Below, one piece after another: positions 46,515 through 55,382 of a DNA stretch of 64,000 bases. The position numbers and the translations under genes were made by a program. How positions within the stretch are numbered: the stretch's first letter is position 1; each line of letters opens with the position of its first letter. The stretch covers positions 66,043 through 130,042 of the forward strand of contig CBDCGV010000006.1 of assembly GCA_965216955.1 (NCBI GenBank). Direction: 5' to 3'. This DNA comes from Chitinophagales bacterium. Its GTDB lineage: Bacteria > Bacteroidota > Bacteroidia > Chitinophagales > JADIYW01. Below the pieces are notes generated by a model that searched no databases, was not told where the DNA came from, and saw only the letters and a program-made list of their open reading frames with translations.

Positions 46515-48947
46515 TTAGCAATCCACATCAATCTTAATATATAACTTATTGGCTTTCAATTTATATTGTTTCACACACTCGGACATCTTACTTTTGAGTA
46601 TTCGTAATTCATTATTTCTAGGAAATTTCAAATACAATTCTCTAATGTATCTATTCTTAATTTTAGAAATTCCTGGAATGACCGGCCCCAAAATTTCTAT
46701 TTGACCTATATCCCCTAATTTCCGTTTAAGTTCAAAAGACAATCGATCTACTTCCTTATAGTCTTCATGTAATAAAGTAAGTTTTATCAGCTTAATAAAT
46801 GGAGGATATCTAAAAAATCGTCGATCAGCAATTTCATGTTTATAAAACTCATTGTAGCTTTTATTCTGTAAAAAATCAAGAATAGGATGATTTATATTAT
46901 TCGTTTGCAATAATACTAGTCCCTGTTTTTTATCTCTTCCTGCTCTTCCACTTACCTGTATTAACGTCTGATAAGCTCTCTCGAAAACTCGGTATGTAGG
47001 GAAACTCCATAAGCCATCAACATTAAGAACGGCAACTAAACCTACATTGTTAAAATCAAGCCCTTTAGTTACCATTTGTGTGCCCACCAATATATCAACA
47101 TCACCATTCTGAAAGCGATCTATTATTTTCTTATGTCCAAATTTAGAACGAGTGGTATCATAATCCATCCGTTCTATGGAAGCCATTGGGAAACGAATTG
47201 ACAATTCGTCTTCTACTTTTTCGGTTCCTAACCCTTTAAGCTCAATGCTATTCCCTTTACATTGCTGACAACTATTCATCATAGCTTGACGATATCCACA
47301 ATAATGACACCTCAAGTCATTCGAGAACCTATGATAAGTAAGACTTACATCGCACTGCTGACAATGCGGAATGTCACCACAATCAATACATTGTAAATAC
47401 GGTGCATATCCTCGTCTATTTTGAAAAATTATAATCTGTTCATTGTTATCTAACGACTGTTGAATAGCTTCTTTTAACTCTAAAGACAAAACACCATCGA
47501 ACTGTTTTTTCTTTCGAGACTTTATTAGATCAATAAATTCCATTTTAGGTAGAGCAACATTTGTAAAACGTTCTTTTAATTCTACAAAGCCATATTTTTT
47601 ATTGCGCGTATTAAAGAGACTCTCTATTGAGGGAGTTGCTGAACCAAGTAATGTTTTTGTTTTCAAAAATTTGGATAAATAAACCGCACAATCTCTCGCA
47701 TTATAACGTGGATCAGGGTTCTGTTGCTTATATGATGCGTCATGTTCTTCATCAACAATAATTAAATCCAGCTTTTTAAAAGGTAAAAATATAGCGGACC
47801 TAGTACCCACAATTAAACAACTTTTGTTCTGATGAACCTTCTCCCATATTTCAACTTGTTCTGCATCTGTGAATCTAGAATGGTATACTAATAAATTAGG
47901 GACAAAAGGAATTATTCTGTCAATTAATTGAGAAGTAAGCGCAATTTCAGGAACCAGAAGCAGTACTTTACCCTTTCTTTCCAGTACTTCCTGAATCATC
48001 TTAAGATATATATGGGTTTTTCCACTTGCAGTAACACCATGCAATAAAACGACTCCGATTTCCTCAAATAAATCATTAATATTTTCAAAGGACTTTTGCT
48101 GTTTATGGTTTAAGCTAACTGTTGCTGTTGCACTCGAATTAGAGAAATTTACCCTATCTACTTTTTTCTCATATTCATTTAAAATCTCTTTTCTTACCAA
48201 TTGCTTTAATGTCGCTTGATTAGAGTTTGCATATTTTATCAAATGGCTTTTCTTAATTTCTTTGCCTTCTTCTAATAAGTCTAAGTACTTGATTAGTAAC
48301 TTTTGTTGTTTGGGAGCTCTATTAAGACCTTTGTAAATAGCACTAAGTTCATCATCTGTAAAACTGTTAATACCTATATATTTTTCTACTTTAGGTTTGT
48401 ATCTGACTCTTAAGCTCTCTTTCCTTTCTATATAGCCTTTCTCAAGAATTTGCTTTGTATATCTCCCAAAACCTTTAACACCAAGTAACTCCTGAATCTC
48501 AACACCTGATAATGATTGATTCGCCCTAGTTGCTTGTACTATCATCATTTCTTTATCGCTAAGAGATAATTCATCTAAGTTTAAATTAGACGGAACAAAA
48601 ACAGTCTCACTACTTAGTTTAAAAGCAGCTGGCAATGCTGCTTGCATTACTTCTCCTAAAGTACACAGATAATATTGTGCCACCCATTGCCAAAAAGCCA
48701 ATTGTTTTTCAGTAATTATAGGAGTATCGTCCAAAACGGAAAGTATTGCCTTTAGATTAGATTCATTTGAATACTGTTCGCCAATTCCAATAATTATAGC
48801 CGCATAGATTTTATGTTTACCCATCTGAACTTCTACACGCTTACCTATTTCAATCTGATCAACTAAATGATCAGGCACGCTATAAAATAATTTTTGCTCG
48901 AAAGCTAAAGGCAATAAAACGCGAATATATTGAGTAGCTAAAGACAT
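46515..48947 (-). CDS. priA: primosomal protein N' (replication restart helicase)
   Basis: 810 aa. Walker A GVTASGKT, DEEHD box, and a Cys-rich zinc module CIDCG..CQQCD..CHYCG. Confidence 0.96.
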   Translation of the reverse strand: MSLATQYIRVLLPLAFEQKLFYSVPDHLVDQIEIGKRVEVQMGKHKIYAAIIIGIGEQYSNESNLKAILSVLDDTPIITEKQLAFWQWVAQYYLCTLGEVMQAALPAAFKLSSETVFVPSNLNLDELSLSDKEMMIVQATRANQSLSGVEIQELLGVKGFGRYTKQILEKGYIERKESLRVRYKPKVEKYIGINSFTDDELSAIYKGLNRAPKQQKLLIKYLDLLEEGKEIKKSHLIKYANSNQATLKQLVRKEILNEYEKKVDRVNFSNSSATATVSLNHKQQKSFENINDLFEEIGVVLLHGVTASGKTHIYLKMIQEVLERKGKVLLLVPEIALTSQLIDRIIPFVPNLLVYHSRFTDAEQVEIWEKVHQNKSCLIVGTRSAIFLPFKKLDLIIVDEEHDASYKQQNPDPRYNARDCAVYLSKFLKTKTLLGSATPSIESLFNTRNKKYGFVELKERFTNVALPKMEFIDLIKSRKKKQFDGVLSLELKEAIQQSLDNNEQIIIFQNRRGYAPYLQCIDCGDIPHCQQCDVSLTYHRFSNDLRCHYCGYRQAMMNSCQQCKGNSIELKGLGTEKVEDELSIRFPMASIERMDYDTTRSKFGHKKIIDRFQNGDVDILVGTQMVTKGLDFNNVGLVAVLNVDGLWSFPTYRVFERAYQTLIQVSGRAGRDKKQGLVLLQTNNINHPILDFLQNKSYNEFYKHEIADRRFFRYPPFIKLIKLTLLHEDYKEVDRLSFELKRKLGDIGQIEILGPVIPGISKIKNRYIRELYLKFPRNNELRILKSKMSECVKQYKLKANKLYIKIDVDC

Positions 48948-48985
48948 AAGAGAATTGCTAAAAGCCTAAATAAACATTTATTCAA

Positions 48986-51067
48986 CTAATAAGCACCATG
49001 CCTTTTTCTTAAAAACCATTCTAACGAAAGCCAAGCTAAAAGCACAAAAAATATCCATTTAAAATCTAACAGAGAAGATATGGAAAAGTCATCAAAAAGT
49101 ATGGGCTTTAGATTTATATCATTAGAAAGATCCTTATTTAAATTTTCTAGATCATGAGCATAATACAGTCTTCCATTCGTTTCGGCTGTAATTTGTTTTA
49201 AAAGTTTATGATCAGCTCTGGTATTTAACTTTTCAAGTAAAATAGGTTTTACTACAAAAGAAGTAGATGCGCTCATCTTTTTCCCACTAACTTCAACACG
49301 GGCAGTTGCCAGATAGTTGCCAATAGGTAGTATGCCTAAATTAACATCATAGTAATCACTTTTACGATTCATTACATATTTATAAACATCTCCTTTTTTT
49401 TCTTTAACAGTCACGTTTACCTCATGTTCTGTAATAGCTTCGTAGTTATTATTATAAAGTTCTGCTTCTAAAACAATCTCTTGATTTTCAGCATATAAAT
49501 TCTTAATTGAGTTCAGTCTAAACTTCCTTTTGTCCTCCTCAATTGTCAAATATTGAACGATCTGGTTTGATAACTCTTCAAGTCCAATATGCTCACTTCC
49601 AGTTTGAATATTTTTCAATTCATCCATCATTGCCCATCTCCAAAAACCATCACCTATTGTAACACAAGACTTTTTTCCATTTTGATTAAACAATGTTATC
49701 AGAGGATCATCTGTTTCTACTTGTCCGATACGTTGCAACAATATAGGCATACTTTCTTCATTAGCATTATACTCTCCAAATGGAGCTATTAAAGGTGGAT
49801 ACCCATCTATTCTGTTTAGAGTTTCCTTGTCCAGTTTAAAGACTTCAAAGTTTTTATTATAATGAGGATAAATTTCATTAGTTCTTTTTCCGTTTGTATT
49901 AATAGTTAAGCCATATTTTGAATTATTAAACTTATTAAAATCAACAGAAGAAGTAATTATATGCCATACGGGCTTGCCAGAAGGATCTGAGAAAGTGTGT
50001 TTTTTTGACGGAAGACCATGTAATATGATACAATCATAATCTGAAATGTTCTTGTTCAATCTATTTATGCGCTCCGATTCAAATTGCAAATTACGCTGCT
50101 TTGAAAAAATACGATTTAAAGCACCTATATCAGGATGGGGGGCATCATAAATTAACAATACTTTTTTTCGACCTTCGATTATATCTATGTAAGCATAACT
50201 TGTATTATTAACAATATTCTTTTCTCCCTTAATATTAGACAGTTCGACTTTAAATTTATTGACACCCTCTTTTTCTGCATTTAAGGTGATACTGACCGTT
50301 TTAATAAAATTATCCTTATTGATATTTATTTCTTGTTTAAAAACTATTGCACCTTTATAATCAAATATTTTTAATACTGTAGTTGCTCCTGAAAAGTTTA
50401 AAGCATGGATATCTATATGCATATCAAATGCATCTCCAGCATAAATTACCTTGTTATATCGTAGTGTTTTGATGTAAGCATCTTTTACTTTAGAGCTATC
50501 TCCTAAAGCAATAGCATACATTGTTATTCCTGCATCCATCCCTTTATACAATGGATTGACCCCCTCATTATATATGCCATCCGTAGACAATATTACTGCT
50601 CCTAGTTCTTGATTTGCATATCGTTCGTTTATTGCATCTAAGACTGCCCCTAAATTGGTTGTTTTCTGGCTATAATCTGGCAATTCCCAATTACTTAATG
50701 TATTACCAAACGTAAATTTTTCAATATCATAATCTTTAGAAAGCAACCTTAAAGTATTATCTATATTAGTTCTATATAACGCAAGTAATTTACTATCTGT
50801 TTCTTCTTTAATTGATGCGCTATTGTCTTCAAGAAATACAATTAGTGGCTTAATCTCATTTGTCTGCTTAGATTTTAGTAACGGGGATAATAATAGAAAT
50901 GAAATAATTGATACTCCAAAAGTTCTTAATACAGCTAAAAAAAAATTAAGTGATTTGTTTTGGACTTGTTTATTCCTAAAATAAAGTAACAATGAAAATG
51001 AAATGCCTAATAGCAAACAAAAGACAATGAACCAATTGGGATAATCTAAAACAATTTGGCTATTCAA
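48986..51067 (-). CDS. membrane protein with an N-terminal double-TM region, a vWA-like domain (MIDAS DNSAS) and a C-terminal TM anchor
   Basis: 693 aa. PNWFIVFCLLLGISFSLLLYFR.. plus a second TM helix. LIVFLEDNSASI and VILSTDGIYNEG are vWA-like. C-terminal FKWIFFVLLAWLSLEWFLRKR. Confidence 0.55.
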   Translation of the reverse strand: MNSQIVLDYPNWFIVFCLLLGISFSLLLYFRNKQVQNKSLNFFLAVLRTFGVSIISFLLLSPLLKSKQTNEIKPLIVFLEDNSASIKEETDSKLLALYRTNIDNTLRLLSKDYDIEKFTFGNTLSNWELPDYSQKTTNLGAVLDAINERYANQELGAVILSTDGIYNEGVNPLYKGMDAGITMYAIALGDSSKVKDAYIKTLRYNKVIYAGDAFDMHIDIHALNFSGATTVLKIFDYKGAIVFKQEININKDNFIKTVSITLNAEKEGVNKFKVELSNIKGEKNIVNNTSYAYIDIIEGRKKVLLIYDAPHPDIGALNRIFSKQRNLQFESERINRLNKNISDYDCIILHGLPSKKHTFSDPSGKPVWHIITSSVDFNKFNNSKYGLTINTNGKRTNEIYPHYNKNFEVFKLDKETLNRIDGYPPLIAPFGEYNANEESMPILLQRIGQVETDDPLITLFNQNGKKSCVTIGDGFWRWAMMDELKNIQTGSEHIGLEELSNQIVQYLTIEEDKRKFRLNSIKNLYAENQEIVLEAELYNNNYEAITEHEVNVTVKEKKGDVYKYVMNRKSDYYDVNLGILPIGNYLATARVEVSGKKMSASTSFVVKPILLEKLNTRADHKLLKQITAETNGRLYYAHDLENLNKDLSNDINLKPILFDDFSISSLLDFKWIFFVLLAWLSLEWFLRKRHGAY

Positions 51068-51073
51068 AACAAA

Positions 51074-51817
51074 TTAAGTATTTAATGCGCCACAAACGCT
51101 AATTACTTGTCCAGAAATATAACTTGATCTCTCTGAGCCTAAAAAAACTGCGCAATTAGCTATTTCTTCAACACTTCCGAAACGCTTTAATGGTATTGCC
51201 TCTAAGTACTTTTCCCTTACAGTTTCTGAAAGCTCAGCTGTCATTTCAGTACTAACAAATCCGGGAGCAATAACATTACACCGTAAGTTTCGACTTCCCA
51301 TTTCTTTGGCAATGGACTTGGAAAACCCAATAATCCCAGCTTTTGACGCTGCATAATTACTTTGCCCTGCATTACCAGTTATACCAACTACAGATGCTAT
51401 GTTAACAATTGAGCCACTACCAGATCTCATTAACAATTTTAGTGCGTTTTTTGTTAAGTTAAAAACAGATTTAAGATTAGTATTAATCACATTATCCCAT
51501 TGCTCTTCAGACATTCTAAGCAATAAATTATCCTGAGTAATACCTGCGTTATTTACTAAAACGTCTAATCCACCAAAAATTTCTTTCACCTGATTCACTA
51601 ATTCTTCTGCTGATGAAATATCTGAAGCATCCGATTTAATGGCTCTAATACTTCCATACTCTTCTAGTTCATCAACCAATTTCTTAGCTTCTTCTTCAGA
51701 GGATCGATAACTAAAAATCACAGAAGCTCCTTCATCAACAAACTTCCTAACAATTCCAGCGCCAATTCCCTTGCTTCCACCTGTAATCAATGCCTTTTTA
51801 CCCTCTAACGCTTTCAT
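51074..51817 (-). CDS. fabG: 3-oxoacyl-[ACP] reductase
   Basis: SDR motifs ALITGGSKGIG, NNAG and YAASKAG. I place the start at MKALEGKK (ATG at 51817-51815). The 29-codon upstream extension in the ORF track overlaps sucD. Confidence 0.9.
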   Translation of the reverse strand: MKALEGKKALITGGSKGIGAGIVRKFVDEGASVIFSYRSSEEEAKKLVDELEEYGSIRAIKSDASDISSAEELVNQVKEIFGGLDVLVNNAGITQDNLLLRMSEEQWDNVINTNLKSVFNLTKNALKLLMRSGSGSIVNIASVVGITGNAGQSNYAASKAGIIGFSKSIAKEMGSRNLRCNVIAPGFVSTEMTAELSETVREKYLEAIPLKRFGSVEEIANCAVFLGSERSSYISGQVISVCGALNT

Positions 51818-51837
51818 AGAATGACTGACTTTAAAGT

Positions 51838-52707
51838 TTACCCTAATGCAGTTATCATTGTAGCACCTATATCTGCTGGGGAAGCTACCACATGAATACC
51901 ACACTGTTTCATTATTTCCATTTTAGCCGCTGCAGTATCATTCTTTCCACCAATAATAGCACCTGCATGTCCCATTCTACGACCTTTAGGAGCCGTTTGC
52001 CCTGCAATAAAACCAACAACCGGTTTTGTTCCATTTCCCTTTATCCATTCGGCAGCTTCTGCCTCCATTCCTCCACCAATCTCGCCAATCATAATAATAC
52101 CCTCTGTTTTTTCATCAGCCATAAATAGCTGGATGATTTTTTTCATAGAACTCCCTATAATAGGATCTCCACCTATGCCTACACAAGTCGATTGCCCCAT
52201 TCCTGCTTTGGTGACCTGATCTACCGCCTCATAGGTTAATGTTCCAGACCGAGATACAATTCCAATTGTACCTGGATTATGAATAAAACCCGGCATAATT
52301 CCTACTTTGCATTCTCCAGGGGTAATAATTCCTGGACAATTCGGTCCAATCAAATGGCTATTTCTGTCGTTTACAAAAATTTTTGCCTTAATCATATCCT
52401 GTGTAGGAATTCCCTCTGTTATAGCAATAATCACTTCTATACCTGCATCGGCCGCCTCCATAATAGCATCTCCCGCAAAAGCTGGAGGTACAAAGATTAC
52501 AGAGACATTAGCTCCTTCTTCTTTAACTGCATTTTCAACGGTGTTAAAAACAGGGCGGTCAAGATGTTGGCTCCCTCCTTTTCCCGGTGTTACACCACCC
52601 ACAACATTAGAGCCATATTCTATCATTTGAGCGGCATGAAAAGACCCCTCTTTACCAGTAAAGCCCTGTACTATAATTCTTGAATCTTTATTTACTAAAA
52701 TGCTCAT
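51838..52707 (-). CDS. sucD: succinate--CoA ligase subunit alpha
   Basis: 289 aa. [21 protein letters not shown] and the phospho-His loop GHAGAII. Confidence 0.97.
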   Translation of the reverse strand: MSILVNKDSRIIVQGFTGKEGSFHAAQMIEYGSNVVGGVTPGKGGSQHLDRPVFNTVENAVKEEGANVSVIFVPPAFAGDAIMEAADAGIEVIIAITEGIPTQDMIKAKIFVNDRNSHLIGPNCPGIITPGECKVGIMPGFIHNPGTIGIVSRSGTLTYEAVDQVTKAGMGQSTCVGIGGDPIIGSSMKKIIQLFMADEKTEGIIMIGEIGGGMEAEAAEWIKGNGTKPVVGFIAGQTAPKGRRMGHAGAIIGGKNDTAAAKMEIMKQCGIHVVASPADIGATMITALG

Positions 52708-52723
52708 CTACTTTATTTATGTT

Positions 52724-53497
52724 TTACGTATTTTTCATCTTTTGAATCCGTACATCTCTCGCCTCTTTCAAAAAATTAGAGGCAAATATAAAACCATTCA
52801 ATTCTTCATTTTCAGCGTAGAATAATGACTTGCTATTCCCTTCCCAATGCTTTTCTCCTTTATGAAGAAATAAGATCTTATCTCCAATTCCCATTACCGA
52901 ATTCATATCATGTGTATTGACTAAGGTTGTAATATTATGCTCTATAGTAATTTCTCTTATCAACTCATCAATAACAATGGCCGTTTGTGGATCTAGTCCA
53001 GAATTGGGTTCATCACAAAATAAGTACTTAGGGTTTAAAACGATCGCTCTAGCAATACCCACCCTTTTTTGCATACCTCCACTAACTTCCGAAGGATACT
53101 TTTTATTAGCATTGACTAAATTAACACGAGATAATACTTCATTGACTCTGTCCCTTTTATCACTCATAGACATTTTTGTAAACATGTCTAATGGAAAACG
53201 AACATTTTCTTCTACCGTTAAAGAATCAAAAAGTGCGTTCCCTTGAAATAACATCCCTAACTCTGTCCTCACCTTTTTCTTGTCTTTTACAGACATTTCT
53301 CCATAGTTCCTGCCATCATATTTTACAACACCCGAAGTTGGATCTAGTAATCCAACAATACACTTAATGAGTACGGTCTTACCTGAACCGCTCATACCAA
53401 TAATTAAATTAGTTTGTCCAGGTTCAAAAGTCGTTGTTATTCCTTTGAGTACCTCTTGTTCTCCAAATGACTTTTTAATGTTATTAATCTCAATCAT
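52724..53497 (-). CDS. ABC transporter ATP-binding protein, MlaF-like
   Basis: 257 aa. Walker A GMSGSGKT, signature VSGGMQKR, Walker B LFCDEPNSGLDP. Confidence 0.9.
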   Translation of the reverse strand: MIEINNIKKSFGEQEVLKGITTTFEPGQTNLIIGMSGSGKTVLIKCIVGLLDPTSGVVKYDGRNYGEMSVKDKKKVRTELGMLFQGNALFDSLTVEENVRFPLDMFTKMSMSDKRDRVNEVLSRVNLVNANKKYPSEVSGGMQKRVGIARAIVLNPKYLFCDEPNSGLDPQTAIVIDELIREITIEHNITTLVNTHDMNSVMGIGDKILFLHKGEKHWEGNSKSLFYAENEELNGFIFASNFLKEARDVRIQKMKNT

Positions 53498-54237
53498 TGC
53501 AACAAAAGGAAAGTTAATAGATAATCAAAAAGCAATACCATTATACTACTTATTACCACAGCTCGCGTGCTTGCTTTTCCAATTTCAAGCGCTCCTCCCA
53601 TAGCATAATACCCTTGATAACAAGAGATAGAAGTGAGTAAATACCCAAAGACAGTTGCTTTTAAAAGCATCACCCTAATGTTATAGGCATCAAAAAAACT
53701 TAAGACCCCTTGAATATATTCTGTTTTTGAGACATATCCTGAAGCAGCCCCAGCAACCATTCCTCCCCAAATTCCTAGAACTGCTGATATAATTACCAAT
53801 ATTGGAATCATAATAATTGCAGCAATAATTTTAGGTCCTATTAAATATGCTTTGGTATGTACACCCATAATCTCCAATGCGTCTATTTGTTCGGTAAGCC
53901 TCATTGTTCCGAGCTCCGAGGAAATATTTGAGCCAACTTTACCCGCTAAAATCAAACATGAAATAGTTGGAGCAAACTCTAAGATCATAGTCTCTTTGAC
54001 TACATATCCAACATACATCATTGGAACAAAAGAATCTTTTAAGTTATAGGCAAATTGTACTGCAGAAACGGCTCCAATAAAAACGGAAATTATACCGATT
54101 ATAATTAGAGAGCCTACACCAATATTTTGCATCTGCCTAATTAACTCTTTCCAGTACATAGCTGTTCTTTCTGGCCTTACAAATAAGCTCTTAAGTGTCA
54201 GCATGTACCTTCCTATATGAAATAATGGACCTCTCAT
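53494..54237 (-). CDS. ABC transporter permease, MlaE-like
   Basis: 247 aa, polytopic. EQIDALEIMG motif. 4-nt overlap with the ATPase gene. Confidence 0.88.
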   Translation of the reverse strand: MRGPLFHIGRYMLTLKSLFVRPERTAMYWKELIRQMQNIGVGSLIIIGIISVFIGAVSAVQFAYNLKDSFVPMMYVGYVVKETMILEFAPTISCLILAGKVGSNISSELGTMRLTEQIDALEIMGVHTKAYLIGPKIIAAIIMIPILVIISAVLGIWGGMVAGAASGYVSKTEYIQGVLSFFDAYNIRVMLLKATVFGYLLTSISCYQGYYAMGGALEIGKASTRAVVISSIMVLLFDYLLTFLLLQ

Positions 54238-54373
54238 AAATTTGTGTGCTAAAAATAGACTATTTTTGATAACTAACTAAACAGATCAAATGTTGTTTTA
54301 TTTTTTCCTTAAAAGAATTGAATAAAATAACATTTATAGATATTAATCACACATTTAATAAAGTGCTTTAAGT

Positions 54374-55075
54374 ATGAATATTGTTGTAAGTGGAGCCTCT
54401 AGAGGAATTGGGAGAGCTATTGCATTGAAGTTTGCTTCCAAGGCTTTTAACGTTGCTGTTTGTTCAAGAAATGAAGAAAAGCTTAAGGAAATCGAAAAAG
54501 AATTGAAAGATGTAAATCCAAATGGAAATCATCTAATAGTTCAAGCAGACATGTCTAATAAAAATGACGTCATTGAATTTGCCCAAATAATAAAATCTCA
54601 ATTCAATACTATAGAAGTATTAGTTAACAATGCAGGGGTATTCTTACCAGGAAAAATGCTAGAGGAAAGTGATGGTGTTTTCGAAAAAATGATAGAAACT
54701 AATCTATATGGCGCCTATTACCTTACAAGAGCGCTGATAAAAAACATGATAGATAAAAACAATGGTCATATAATTAATATCTGTTCTGTTGCCAGCTTAA
54801 AAGCTTACCCAAATGGAGGGACTTATACAGTAAGTAAGTTTGCATTATTAGGTTTTTCAAAATCCTTAAGAGAGGAGTTAAAAGAAAATAATATCAGAGT
54901 TACCTCTGTTATGCCAGGCGCAACAATAACAGACTCTTGGGAAGGCGTTAATTTACCAAATTCAAGATTTATGCCTCCAAAAGATATTGCGCAAAGTATC
55001 TGGGATATATACAAACTGAGTGATAGAACAGTCGTTGAAGATATTATCTTAAGACCTCAACTAGGAGACATATAA
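54374..55075 (+). CDS. short-chain dehydrogenase/reductase (SDR)
   Basis: 233 aa. VSGASRGIGRAIA, NNAG and YTVSKFA motifs. Confidence 0.9.
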   Translation: MNIVVSGASRGIGRAIALKFASKAFNVAVCSRNEEKLKEIEKELKDVNPNGNHLIVQADMSNKNDVIEFAQIIKSQFNTIEVLVNNAGVFLPGKMLEESDGVFEKMIETNLYGAYYLTRALIKNMIDKNNGHIINICSVASLKAYPNGGTYTVSKFALLGFSKSLREELKENNIRVTSVMPGATITDSWEGVNLPNSRFMPPKDIAQSIWDIYKLSDRTVVEDIILRPQLGDI

Positions 55076-55119
55076 TTACAAATCATCATTCCCTCAGAAT
55101 TCAGAATTCTCTCATTCAA

Positions 55120-55272
55120 TTATCTACTCTTATAAGGTTTAGCCTTTGGATTCAAATTTCTATCCTTTGCATACCATCCCCCACCTTTACAAGTAGAAGC
55201 GCAAGATGTTGCTAAAAAAATAGTCATTAAGGCTAATAAGAACAATTTGATTGGATAATTATATCGCTGCAT
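55120..55272 (-). CDS. small lipoprotein, unknown function
   Basis: 50 aa from MQRYNYPIKLFLLALMTIFLATSC (lipobox). The ORF track extends 10 codons further upstream, to 55302. Confidence 0.45.
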   Translation of the reverse strand: MQRYNYPIKLFLLALMTIFLATSCASTCKGGGWYAKDRNLNPKAKPYKSR

Positions 55273-55362
55273 AATTTTGCTTTTCGAGATTAAACGAAGC
55301 ACCGCTTTTTATTATTATGTCAAAACTAATAGACATAAAACATTTCCTTAAAAGTAAACAGC

Positions 55363-55370
55363 TAACTTTG
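55363..55370 (+). promoter_or_regulatory. -7 type promoter box TAACTTTG upstream of ccoI
   Basis: TAnnTTTG match 12 nt upstream of the ATG at 55383. Confidence 0.35.
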
Positions 55371-55382
55371 CTTAATAAATAA

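Noticed and set aside
51818-51904. 29-codon N-terminal extension of fabG in the ORF track
   Set aside because: It overlaps the 3' end of sucD and precedes the canonical SDR start MKALEGKKALITGG. I preferred the internal ATG at 51817.
51892-52683. Three long plus-strand ORFs (51892..52128, 52279..52683, 52307..52630)
   Set aside because: All are antisense to sucD, whose identity is unambiguous. Long antisense ORFs are expected in the more GC-rich, highly expressed genes.
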